Assembly (NCBI GenBank): GCA_016201685.1 | Contig: JACQCJ010000008.1 | Span: 1-40,649 of the forward strand | Direction: 5' to 3' | Length of the DNA stretch: 40,649 nucleotides | From: Candidatus Peregrinibacteria bacterium | GTDB taxonomy: Bacteria > Patescibacteriota > Gracilibacteria > Peribacterales > Peribacteraceae | In this document: positions 32,244 to 40,414 of the stretch, in pieces | Layout of the letters: the number at the start of each line of letters is the position of its first letter | Position numbering within the stretch: position 1 is the stretch's first letter | Translations under genes and position numbers: made by a program | The notes under the pieces: model-generated | Told to the model about the DNA's origin: nothing | Seen by the model: the letters and a program-made list of their open reading frames with translations, nothing else | Database searches by the model: none

Positions 32244-34841
32244 ATGGCAATGATACCAAAACAAAATCAACCAAGCTTCATCAACCCAGAGCAGGGACCC
32301 TCTTTTTATGCGGCCATCATTCAATCTTCTGAAGACGCCATTCTTGGTATGACACTCGATGGTAACGTCATGAGCTGGAACAAAGGCGCAGAGAAGATGT
32401 TCGGCTATTCCGAGAAAGAAATTCTCGGACAACCAGTAAGTATTCTCTATCCCCCAGAGCGCATAGAGGAACATGCCGATATTCTCATGAAAATTAAAAA
32501 GGGACGGCCCATCGAACATTATGAAACTCAAAGGAAGAGAAAAGGCGGAGTCCTTCTTGATGTCTCTTTGAGTATTTCTCCGATTAAAGATCCAGTCGGA
32601 GAGGTTATAGGCTTTTCAAAAATTCTCCGTGATATTTCCGCAACGAAACGGGGAGCCCAATACGCTCGCTCGCTTATTGAGGCAAGTCTTGACCCGCTCG
32701 TGACTATCAGCCCCGAGGGAAAGATTACGGACGTGAATGAAGCAACCGTGCAAGTAACGGGGATCACTCGAGAGAAGCTTGTCGGCAGCGATTTCTCCGA
32801 CTATTTCACGGAGCCGGAGAAAGCCCGTGACGGGTACCGTAAAGTGCTGAAAGAAGGAGTCGTACGGGACTACCCCCTAACGATTAGTCAGGGCTCTGGT
32901 AAAACCACCGACGTACTGTATAACGCGTCAGTCTACAAGGATGAAAAAGGAAACGTGCTGGGAGTATTTGCTGCGGCTCGCGATATTACTACACAAAAGC
33001 AGGCTTCCCAATACAGCCGCTCGCTCATCGAAGCCAGTGTTGACCCGCTCGTCACCATCAGCCCCGAGGGAAAGATTACGGACGTGAATGAAGCATCGGT
33101 ACAGGTCACTGGTGTTGCAAGAGAAACGCTGATCGGCAGTGACTTCTCGAATTACTTCACCGATCCGGAAGAAGCACGCCTTGGCTATCAGCAAGTATTC
33201 AAGGAGGGATCTGTCCGGGATTATCCTCTGACGATTCATCATGCTTCAGGCATGCTTACCGATGTTCTCTATAACGCGACGGTCTATAAGGACGTGGCAG
33301 GAAAGGTGCTGGGGGTCTTCGCCGCAGCCCGTGATGTCACTGCACGAAAGAAAGCAGAGGCGCAGCAGCACGAGACGTCGGCCTATGCGAGAAGTCTTAT
33401 CGAATCAAGTATTGATCCGCTCGTCACCATCAGTCCCGATGGAAAAATCACGGACGTGAATCATGCGACGGAAGAGGCCACCGGCGTCTCTCGCGAGTGG
33501 CTCATTGGCACGGATTTCTCTACCTATTTCACCGAGCCCCGCAAGGCCCGGGAAGGGTACCGTCGCGTGTTGAAAGAAGGATCCGTACGCGATTACCCGT
33601 TGGCTATTCATCATGCTTCAGGAAAAATCACTGATGTCTTGTACAATGCATCGGTCTATAAGGATGAAGCGGGGAAAGTGCGCGGAATATTTGCGGCGGC
33701 TCGCGATGTCACGCAGACCAAACAATCGTCTCAATATGCCCGCTCGTTAATCGAATCAAGTCTTGACCCGTTCGTGACCATCAGCGCCGAGGGAAAGGTT
33801 ACGGACGTCAATGAAGCCACGATAAAGGTAACGGGGATTAAACGCGATAAGCTTATCGGCACCGACTTTTCTATCTATTTCACCGAACCACAAAAGGCAC
33901 GCGAGGGGTATGAGCAGGTATTTAACAAGGGGTTTGTGACTGACTATCCACTGACTATTCGCTCGATGGATGGAAAGCTCACCGATGTTCTCTATAACGC
34001 GGCAGTGTACAAGGATGAGAAAGGAAACGTGCTGGGAGTCTTTGCGGCGGCGCGTGAGTACACAAGGGTCAAGAAAGCCACCCAGGTACTGGAGACCAGC
34101 AACAAAGAGCTTGAAGCATTCAGTTTTTCCGTATCCCATGACCTCAGAGCGCCGCTGCGGGCGATCGACGGCTTCTCCAAGATACTGCTTGAGGAATATG
34201 CACCCAAACTTGGTGATGAGGGAGTGCGACTCACCTCGACCATCCGGAAAAACACTCAACAGATGGGCAGACTCATTGATGATTTGCTTGCCTTCTCCAA
34301 AATTGGGCGTGAACAGATGAAGACGCAAGACGTCGAAATGAACGAGATGGCTACAACGATATTTGAAGAGCTGAAAGGCGCCGTACCCAAACGAAAAATA
34401 ACGTTGAGTATCCAGAAAATCCCCCGAGCCAAGGTGGATTCAGCGCTCATGAGGCAGGTCTGGACGAACCTGCTCTCCAATGCCATCAAATTTACCAAGC
34501 CCCGGGAAGAGGCGGTGATTGATGTCACATGCAAGACCGATGGGGAGATGATCTACTCTGTAAAAGATAATGGTGTGGGCTTCGATATGCAGCATGTTGA
34601 TAAACTCTTCGGAGTGTTCCAGCGACTCCACGACCCAGCAGAATTTGAAGGGACTGGCGTTGGTCTTGCGATAGTCAAGCGCATTGTGGAACGACATGGT
34701 GGCAGGGTGTGGGCCGAAGGGAAGGTCGATGGAGGCGCCACATTTTACTTTGCGCTGCCAGTGATGAAGAATCCCATCCCATCTGCAGAAACCAAACCAA
34801 CAGCTCCAGCAACCCCTGCATCATCCCCAACAAAAATATGA
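32244..34841 (+). CDS. Multi-PAS sensor histidine kinase (cytoplasmic)
   Basis: One N-terminal PAS domain plus four tandem near-identical PAS modules. H-box [15 protein letters not shown]. The HATPase_c N, G1 and G2 boxes are present ([25 protein letters not shown]). I see no TM segment. Start ATG 32244 (GTG 32226 is also possible). Confidence 0.9.
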   Translation: MAMIPKQNQPSFINPEQGPSFYAAIIQSSEDAILGMTLDGNVMSWNKGAEKMFGYSEKEILGQPVSILYPPERIEEHADILMKIKKGRPIEHYETQRKRKGGVLLDVSLSISPIKDPVGEVIGFSKILRDISATKRGAQYARSLIEASLDPLVTISPEGKITDVNEATVQVTGITREKLVGSDFSDYFTEPEKARDGYRKVLKEGVVRDYPLTISQGSGKTTDVLYNASVYKDEKGNVLGVFAAARDITTQKQASQYSRSLIEASVDPLVTISPEGKITDVNEASVQVTGVARETLIGSDFSNYFTDPEEARLGYQQVFKEGSVRDYPLTIHHASGMLTDVLYNATVYKDVAGKVLGVFAAARDVTARKKAEAQQHETSAYARSLIESSIDPLVTISPDGKITDVNHATEEATGVSREWLIGTDFSTYFTEPRKAREGYRRVLKEGSVRDYPLAIHHASGKITDVLYNASVYKDEAGKVRGIFAAARDVTQTKQSSQYARSLIESSLDPFVTISAEGKVTDVNEATIKVTGIKRDKLIGTDFSIYFTEPQKAREGYEQVFNKGFVTDYPLTIRSMDGKLTDVLYNAAVYKDEKGNVLGVFAAAREYTRVKKATQVLETSNKELEAFSFSVSHDLRAPLRAIDGFSKILLEEYAPKLGDEGVRLTSTIRKNTQQMGRLIDDLLAFSKIGREQMKTQDVEMNEMATTIFEELKGAVPKRKITLSIQKIPRAKVDSALMRQVWTNLLSNAIKFTKPREEAVIDVTCKTDGEMIYSVKDNGVGFDMQHVDKLFGVFQRLHDPAEFEGTGVGLAIVKRIVERHGGRVWAEGKVDGGATFYFALPVMKNPIPSAETKPTAPATPASSPTKI
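32655..34064 (+). repeat. Intragenic tandem array of four PAS-module repeats (units of 351, 372, 351 and 336 nt)
   Basis: The units start at aa motifs [90 protein letters not shown] and [30 protein letters not shown]. Long identical nucleotide runs occur, e.g. cagccccgagggaaagattacggacgtgaatgaagca in units 1 and 2. Confidence 0.85.
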
Positions 34842-35287
34842 ACACGAATTGTAAAGAAGCCGGAATACTCCTTGTGGAAGATAATGCCAATGATGTGGAG
34901 TTTACGCTGCGGGCATTAGAGAAGCATGCTCTTGCCAACAAAGTCTATGTAACAAAAGACGGAGAAGAAGCGCTTGAATTTATTTTTGCCACAGGCCGCT
35001 ACGCGCAGCGGTGCACTTCCCCTTTCCCAAAAGTTATCCTTCTCGACTTGAAACTCCCGAAGGTGAACGGCCTTGAGGTTCTCAAAAAAATGAAAGCAGA
35101 TGAGCGCACCCGCATCATTCCGGTCGTCGTCGTCACGTCCTCCCGCGAAGATTCTGACCTCAAAGAAAGTTACAAACTCGGGGTCAACAGTTACATCATG
35201 AAGCCCATTGAATTCGATGATTTTTCCAATGCACTCTCGCAAGTCGGTCTGTATTGGATGGTCATCAATAAGCTTCCGCCACAATGA
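34838..35287 (+). CDS. Stand-alone response regulator receiver (CheY-like)
   Basis: ATGA overlap with the kinase stop. [13 protein letters not shown]...[17 protein letters not shown]...[10 protein letters not shown]...NSYIMKP contains the phospho-acceptor Asp, Thr/Ser and Lys positions. No output domain. Confidence 0.88.
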   Translation: MNTNCKEAGILLVEDNANDVEFTLRALEKHALANKVYVTKDGEEALEFIFATGRYAQRCTSPFPKVILLDLKLPKVNGLEVLKKMKADERTRIIPVVVVTSSREDSDLKESYKLGVNSYIMKPIEFDDFSNALSQVGLYWMVINKLPPQ

Positions 35288-35308
35288 GAACACGTCACAC
35301 AAATACAT

Positions 35309-36391
35309 ATGAAAGAATGTAAAATCTTACTACTCGAAGACGTACTGGCTGATGCGGAATTGATAGAACGCGCATTGCGCAAAGGCGGTTTGGCATTCGT
35401 GTCAAAGCGCGTGATGACGAGAGAAGATTTTTCGCATGAACTCGATGCCTTTGCGCCAGATCTCATTCTTGCAGACTATCAACTCCCTCAATTTGACGGT
35501 CTTTCGGCCCTCGCGATCACACACGAAAGGCATCCCGACATACCTTTCATTTTTGTTACCGGGGCAATGGGGGAGGAACGCGCAGTGGAGACGCTGAAGA
35601 AAGGAGCGATGGATTACGTGTTAAAGGACAAACTCCTGCATCTGATGCCGGCAGTGGAGCGCGCCTTCCGTTCTGTTGAAGTCGAAAATGACCGCAGATC
35701 GGTGGAAAGAGTCAGGATTGAATTCATCTCCTTCGTATCCCATCAGCTGCGCACGCCGCTGACGGCGGTGCGTCTGGGATTGGAAAGACTGCAGAAATGC
35801 AGCGCAGCCTGGAAGATCCCCATGGAAGGCAGCGAGTATCTCGCACAGATGATGCGGTACGCCCTTCACATGTCGGAAACCATCCGTACCATGCTCAACG
35901 TATCAAAAATTGAAATAGGGAGAATGCAGCCTGACATCGTCAAAGCAAATATCAGGGAACTGCTCTCGGACATCCAAAAACAGTATGCGCCTGACGCCGC
36001 GCAGAAGCGGCAGACGCTCTCTGTGCAGGCGCGAAGTCTCATGCACATGACCGATCCGGCACTGCTCAAAGAGGTTCTCTCCAACCTGGTCAGCAACGCG
36101 GTCAAATACACTCCCGATGGCGGCCGGATCGGCCTCGGCGCTCAGGAGGACACAAAGTTTCTCACGATCTCCGTAGAGGACAACGGCTACGGCATTCCCC
36201 AGGACGAGCAACCGCAGATCTTCACGAAGTTCTTCCGCGGCAGCAATGTCCTTGAGCGGGACGTCAACGGCACCGGGCTCGGTCTCTATCTCGTCCATGA
36301 ACTGATCTCTCTCCTCGGAGGCTCGATCACGTTGCAGTCGAAGGAGAACAGCGGTACAACCTTCCTTATCCAGTTCCCTCTGTCAGTATGA
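35309..36391 (+). CDS. Hybrid REC-histidine kinase
   Basis: N-terminal receiver (ILLLEDVLADAE...LILADYQLPQFDG...FIFVTG...DYVLK), H-box FISFVSHQLRTPLTAV and HATPase_c (NLVSNAVKYT, DNGYGI, GTGLGLYLV). Confidence 0.88.
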   Translation: MKECKILLLEDVLADAELIERALRKGGLAFVSKRVMTREDFSHELDAFAPDLILADYQLPQFDGLSALAITHERHPDIPFIFVTGAMGEERAVETLKKGAMDYVLKDKLLHLMPAVERAFRSVEVENDRRSVERVRIEFISFVSHQLRTPLTAVRLGLERLQKCSAAWKIPMEGSEYLAQMMRYALHMSETIRTMLNVSKIEIGRMQPDIVKANIRELLSDIQKQYAPDAAQKRQTLSVQARSLMHMTDPALLKEVLSNLVSNAVKYTPDGGRIGLGAQEDTKFLTISVEDNGYGIPQDEQPQIFTKFFRGSNVLERDVNGTGLGLYLVHELISLLGGSITLQSKENSGTTFLIQFPLSV

Positions 36392-36777
36392 AACACCTCA
36401 CGAAACCCCGCGTACTTATTTGTGAAGATGAGAGGTTTATCGCTGATCTCTACCGGTTGGAGATTGAGTCACACGGAGTCGATGCAGAGATCGTCAGTAA
36501 CGGAAAAGAAGCGCTGGAGATCATCAAGGAGAAGAAATTCGATCTCATCCTCTTGGATCTTGTGATGCCGGTGATGGACGGATTTCACGTTCTCGCCGAA
36601 CTCAAGAAAGACAAAATCCGCATACCGGTGGTGATTGTCATCACCAATCTGAGCCAGGATATCAACAAGGAGAAGTGCAGGGAAATGGGCGCCGAGGGCT
36701 ACATCGTGAAGAGCGACGTGAATGCCGCGGATGTGTGGGCGAAGGTAAAGACCTTCTTGCCGCATTTCGAGGGCTGA
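36388..36777 (+). CDS. Stand-alone response regulator receiver
   Basis: ATGA overlap with the previous stop. VLICEDERF...LILLDLVMPVMDGFHVL...VVIVITNL...GYIVKS. No output domain. Confidence 0.88.
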   Translation: MKHLTKPRVLICEDERFIADLYRLEIESHGVDAEIVSNGKEALEIIKEKKFDLILLDLVMPVMDGFHVLAELKKDKIRIPVVIVITNLSQDINKEKCREMGAEGYIVKSDVNAADVWAKVKTFLPHFEG

Positions 36778-36837
36778 CGCATGGACAAGAATCTATTCTA
36801 TGTGTAGATGGGGACGGGGCATGGTGGAAAGGATACC

Positions 36838-36857
36838 GATTTTGGTTGACGGCGGAT
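36838..36857 (+). repeat. 20-bp direct repeat, left copy, flanking the NYN gene
   Basis: gattTtggttgacggcggat is 19/20 identical to 37456-37475. Confidence 0.8.
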
Positions 36858-36874
36858 TGGGCTGGTGCTACACT
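36846..36874 (+). promoter_or_regulatory. Promoter-like motif inside the left direct repeat
   Basis: TTGACG (36846-36851), a 17-nt spacer, then TACACT (36869-36874). It points into the 3' end of the NYN gene, in antisense. Confidence 0.35.
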
Positions 36875-37419
36875 GAGTGGGAATTACGATGATGAGGTAG
36901 TGCGGATGCGGTGCGTCCCTCCGCGTTGCCTCGTTTTTTGTATTCAAGTTTTTCGCGGGCATATTTGAGGTAGGCGATGAGGCTCTTTGCGGCACGGCGC
37001 AGGAGGACGGAGCACGTTTCATACTGGGGACTCAAGACCATTGCGAGCTTGTTTTTCTCCGCGAGGTACTTTACCAGACAGGCGAAATCACCATCACTCG
37101 TCACGATGAGAGCGCGACCATAGCGGGGATACTCGATCATGGAATGCAGAACAAGTTCGGCATCGACATTGCCCTTCGTCTTGCCCTTTCCTGTCAATAC
37201 CGGCTTGAAAATCAGAATGTAACCGGCTTGCTGCAGAGCACTGTAGAGTCGCTGGTTTTCCGAAACATAGCCGATGAAGAGGAATGCTTTCTCAATGCGG
37301 TACTTGTGCTGCAGGTAGACGCGAAAGCGCTTCCAATCGAGTTTCCACCCCATGCTCTGCACTCCCAAATTGAGATTTTGTGCATCGATGAAAGCGTAGG
37401 TGACGGGACGATTGGCCAT
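36868..37419 (-). CDS. NYN-domain (LabA-like) putative ribonuclease
   Basis: MANRPVTYAFIDAQNLNLG..., NVDAELVLHSMI and LIVTSDGDFACLVKYL match the NYN/LabA pattern. I chose the start at ATG 37419. The last ~25 codons run antisense through the plus-strand terminator. Confidence 0.8.
   Translation of the reverse strand: MANRPVTYAFIDAQNLNLGVQSMGWKLDWKRFRVYLQHKYRIEKAFLFIGYVSENQRLYSALQQAGYILIFKPVLTGKGKTKGNVDAELVLHSMIEYPRYGRALIVTSDGDFACLVKYLAEKNKLAMVLSPQYETCSVLLRRAAKSLIAYLKYAREKLEYKKRGNAEGRTASALPHHRNSHSV
36894..36939 (+). terminator. Plus-strand intrinsic terminator (13-bp stem plus T6)
   Basis: gaggtagtgcgga (36894-36906) pairs with tccgcgttgcctc (36920-36932), including 3 G-U pairs that exist only in plus-strand RNA. 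The loop is 13 nt, followed by gTTTTTTg (T6 at 36934-36939). It lies 117 nt downstream of the last response-regulator gene. Confidence 0.55.
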
Positions 37420-37455
37420 GGCGGGGACAAGGCAAGATTGGCGCGAAGAATAGCA

Positions 37456-37475
37456 GATTGTGGTTGACGGCGGAT
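37456..37475 (+). repeat. 20-bp direct repeat, right copy, flanking the NYN gene
   Basis: gattGtggttgacggcggat is 19/20 identical to 36838-36857. Confidence 0.8.
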
Positions 37476-37598
37476 AGATCTCGTCGAAATTGTCATCGGT
37501 TGGATCATTCCGAGCATTGACCATGGTCGAATGACGGGTGGAACATTGGGTGTTCGCCATGATGGGGCAGGCCTGCTATCGTTTTCGCCTTCTTTCCT

Positions 37599-38492
37599 AT
37601 GCAACGCAGTCTTTTCTCCATCATTCTTCTCTCCTCTGTGCTCGTCACCGCGTGCGGATCCAACCCGTCGGGGCCGCTTCCCCAAGGAGAACAATCCGTC
37701 ACCGGTATCCTCAAGCCCCTCGCGTTTTCACTCCATCGTCGCGGGACGCACGTTCTGCTCCAGCAGGGGATTCCTCTCTTCGATGTCGAGAGCGCTGCGG
37801 TCAATCTCCATGTGCACGAAGGAGAGCGCGTGACGCTCAAGGGAGTGATCGAACCCAACACCGATGCCACCGCGTTGCCGGTCCTCGTCGCCCGATCTCT
37901 CATGATTGCCAGCGGCTCGATGTTGTATCACACAGTCCCCTTCCCGCTCCTCCAGATCTCCTTCGATGTTCCCACGGATTGGACGAGCCATGCGGAAGAC
38001 GAATTCGCACAGTTCACGGCATCGGGATCGAGTGAGCCGCTTTTGACCCTCTTCCTCCAGCCGATTGCGGGGTCAGATTTCGAGACAGGAGCCGCCGCGC
38101 ACGCGACCGTCACGCGCACGCCGTTCTCGATCGGTTCCAAGCGGGCCATCCGCGCCATCGATGCCGTCACGGGCGCCGAGACGATTTCGATCGATCGGGG
38201 GATCGATCCTTCCATTGCCCCCGAGAAGCGCGTGATCACTCTCGTCTTCGTCGCGTTCTCTCCTTCGGATGAGACCATGGCGGAAATCCAGGCGCACGTG
38301 GAGCATTCGCTCCGTGCCGTCGGACAATTCTCATCCTCCAGCGCGAGCATCAACCAGAAAAAGTCCTCGTCGTCGGCGAGCGCTTCGGCTGGACAACCTT
38401 GCGGTGGAATTGCGGGAATTCTCTGTCCCGCCGGATTCTACTGCGCCGTCACGGATCCGAAGAACAATATCGGGGTGTGTCGGGCGTTCTGA
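37599..38492 (+). CDS. Putative lipoprotein with a Cys-rich C-terminal module
   Basis: Signal peptide plus a lipobox-like LVTAC (Cys19). A Ser-rich linker (SSSSASINQKKSSSSASASA) precedes a 4-Cys end QPCGGIAGILCPAGFYCAVTDPKNNIGVCRAF. Confidence 0.7.
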   Translation: MQRSLFSIILLSSVLVTACGSNPSGPLPQGEQSVTGILKPLAFSLHRRGTHVLLQQGIPLFDVESAAVNLHVHEGERVTLKGVIEPNTDATALPVLVARSLMIASGSMLYHTVPFPLLQISFDVPTDWTSHAEDEFAQFTASGSSEPLLTLFLQPIAGSDFETGAAAHATVTRTPFSIGSKRAIRAIDAVTGAETISIDRGIDPSIAPEKRVITLVFVAFSPSDETMAEIQAHVEHSLRAVGQFSSSSASINQKKSSSSASASAGQPCGGIAGILCPAGFYCAVTDPKNNIGVCRAF

Positions 38493-38514
38493 ACAAGAGG
38501 ATCGATGCTGGTGT

Positions 38515-38675
38515 CAATGAAGGAAGAATGAAGGAAGAATGATGGTGAGATGGTTGGATGGTTCGCAAGCGATTCTGAAGAATTCATGACAGGGTCTGGT
38601 CTTGCCTGGCAACCATCTAGCCATCGAACCATGTAACCATTTATTTCTACTTCCTACCAATTCCATGAATTTTCA
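38515..38675. repeat. Word-repeat hairpin H3 (AATGAAGGAAG x2 and GATGGT/ACCATC words) downstream of the lipoprotein gene
   Basis: A tandem AATGAAGGAAG lies at 38516-38526 and 38527-38537. The left arm gatggtgagatggttggatggttcg faces the right arm caaccatctagccatcgaaccatgtaaccat. For example, gatggttg (38549-38556) is the exact complement of caaccatc (38610-38617), and several pairing registers are possible. Confidence 0.65.
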
Positions 38676-38686
38676 AGTCCTTTCTT

Positions 38687-38715
38687 TTGACAGGTGAAAG
38701 CCGCAGCGGAATACT
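38687..38715 (+). promoter_or_regulatory. Putative recA promoter
   Basis: TTGACA (38687-38692), a 17-nt spacer, then AATACT (38710-38715), 47 nt upstream of the recA ATG. Confidence 0.45.
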
Positions 38716-38718
38716 GGT

Positions 38719-38730
38719 GAACGTTCGTAC
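38719..38730 (+). promoter_or_regulatory. Possible LexA (Cheo-box-like) operator
   Basis: GAACgttcGTAC differs at one position from GAAC-N4-GTTC. It starts 4 nt after the -10. It also contains the 8-bp palindrome GAACGTTC. Confidence 0.25.
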
Positions 38731-38761
38731 ACCTTCTCTCCTTCCCTTCCTCCCGAGTACT

Positions 38762-39853
38762 ATGGCCAAGACTTCCTCCTCCACCACCGTTATGTCCTCT
38801 CCTTCTCCGAAGACAAAAGCTGATTCTTCCATATCGTCGAGTGGCGATGCCAAGATCGATGCGATCAAGAGTGCTCTTGCACAGATTAAGAAGCGCTACG
38901 GCGACGGCGCCATCATGCAGATGGGCGATGTGCCTGTCGCGCAGATCGAGCGCTTTTCCTCCGGATCGCTTACCCTGGATATCGCTCTTGGTGGCGGCAT
39001 GCCTAAGGGTCGCATCGTCGAGATCTTCGGGCCGGAATCCTCGGGAAAGACCACGCTCGCCCTGCACTCGATCGCCCAAGTGCAGAAGAAGGGGGGACGG
39101 GCCGCATTCATCGATGCCGAGCATGCTCTCGACGTGAATTACGCCAAGAAGATCGGCGTCGACATCGATCAACTCCTCGTCTCGCAGCCCGATTGCGGCG
39201 AGCAGGCGCTCGAAATCGCCGAGACGCTCGTGCGTTCGGGTGCCATCGATATCGTCGTGATCGATTCCGTCGCGGCTCTTACGCCGCAGGCGGAAATCGA
39301 CGGCATGATGGGCGATTCGCACATGGGCCTCCAGGCGCGCCTGATGAGTCAGGCACTGCGGAAGCTCACTTCCATCGTGAGCAAGACGAACTGTTCGATC
39401 ATTTTCATCAATCAAATCCGCATGAAGATCGGCATCATGTTCGGGAATCCCGAGACGACCACCGGCGGCAACGCCCTCAAGTTCTACGCGTCGCTGCGTC
39501 TCGACGTCCGCCGCATCGATAAAGTCGTGGAGAAGACGGGGAAAGGACAGGAGAACGACGGCCAGGAGATCATCGGCAACCGGACGCGCGTGAAGGTGGT
39601 GAAGAACAAAGTCGCACCGCCGTTTCGCCAGGCGGAATTCGATATTCTCTACGCCACCGGCATCAGCAAGACGGGCGAGATCATCGATCTCGGCGTGAAG
39701 TACGCCATTCTCGAGAAATCCGGCGCGTTCTTCCGTTACGGCGAAGAGACGCTCGGGCAGGGCCGCGAGCAGGCCAGAATCTTCCTCCTCCAGAATCCGA
39801 AAATCGCCGAGAAGATCGAGAAGGAGATTCGGGACGTGGCGATGGTTGTGTGA
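38762..39853 (+). CDS. recA: Recombinase RecA
   Basis: [16 protein letters not shown] (Walker A), [20 protein letters not shown] and [38 protein letters not shown] Ser/Thr-rich N-terminal extension is present. Start ATG 38762. Confidence 0.95.
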   Translation: MAKTSSSTTVMSSPSPKTKADSSISSSGDAKIDAIKSALAQIKKRYGDGAIMQMGDVPVAQIERFSSGSLTLDIALGGGMPKGRIVEIFGPESSGKTTLALHSIAQVQKKGGRAAFIDAEHALDVNYAKKIGVDIDQLLVSQPDCGEQALEIAETLVRSGAIDIVVIDSVAALTPQAEIDGMMGDSHMGLQARLMSQALRKLTSIVSKTNCSIIFINQIRMKIGIMFGNPETTTGGNALKFYASLRLDVRRIDKVVEKTGKGQENDGQEIIGNRTRVKVVKNKVAPPFRQAEFDILYATGISKTGEIIDLGVKYAILEKSGAFFRYGEETLGQGREQARIFLLQNPKIAEKIEKEIRDVAMVV

Positions 39854-39889
39854 GTGAAAGATCTACTGTGCACTGTTTATGAACCACAT

Positions 39890-39956
39890 GTCCCCTTCGA
39901 TACGCGCCGCGATGTCATCCTCGTAGCGAGGCAGTGCCGAGCGTACCGAAGGGGAC
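39890..39956. repeat. Long GC hairpin downstream of recA (possible terminator or REP-like element)
   Basis: gtccccttcgatacgc (39890-39905) pairs at 15 of 16 positions with gcgtaccgaaggggac (39941-39956). The 35-nt loop contains a nested cctcg/cgagg stem. No U-run follows. Confidence 0.6.
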
Positions 39957-40030
39957 GAGGGTGACATGCTTGGGGGAAGTTCTTGTTTCTTGATCTATGG
40001 AAGGACATCATTCTGTCGATTCCTTCATTC

Positions 40031-40414
40031 ATGCAAAAAGAGGTCCTCTACGACGGCTACGGCTGGAAACTGATGATCGACGAATCGGCGTTGCCGGATG
40101 GGCGCGTCAAGCGAGCGGTCGTTGTGCATCGGTGCGATTCCGTCCACATTCTGGCATTTCCCACTCCCTCGAGGGTTCTCCTCGTTCGCGAGTTTCGCCC
40201 GCGCTACGGCACGTACCTCTGGATGCTCCCGAGCGGGCGAGCAGACAAAGAGGACGATCATGAGGAGGCGGCTCAGCGTGAACTGCAGGAGGAGACGGGT
40301 TTTCGAGCAGAGCGGTTGACGTACTACTGCTCAACACGTCATTCCGAAACGTTTGATTGCGCGAATCATATTACTCCAAACACTAAACATCCGACACCCG
40401 CTCATGCTGCATAG
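40031..40414 (+). CDS. Nudix hydrolase (ADP-ribose pyrophosphatase-like), probably 3'-truncated
   Basis: Nudix box SGRADKEDDHEEAAQRELQEETGF. After ..YYCSTRHSETF the sequence loses family resemblance, and the ORF ends inside the neighbouring transposase remnant. Confidence 0.75.
   Translation: MQKEVLYDGYGWKLMIDESALPDGRVKRAVVVHRCDSVHILAFPTPSRVLLVREFRPRYGTYLWMLPSGRADKEDDHEEAAQRELQEETGFRAERLTYYCSTRHSETFDCANHITPNTKHPTPAHAA

Noticed and set aside
29336-34064. A CRISPR array, considering the tandem 21/23-bp repeat at 29336-29379 and the ~350-nt periodic repeats at 32655-34064.
   Set aside because: The first has only two directly adjacent units and no spacers. The second is in-frame PAS-domain coding repeats. 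There are no cas genes in the window.
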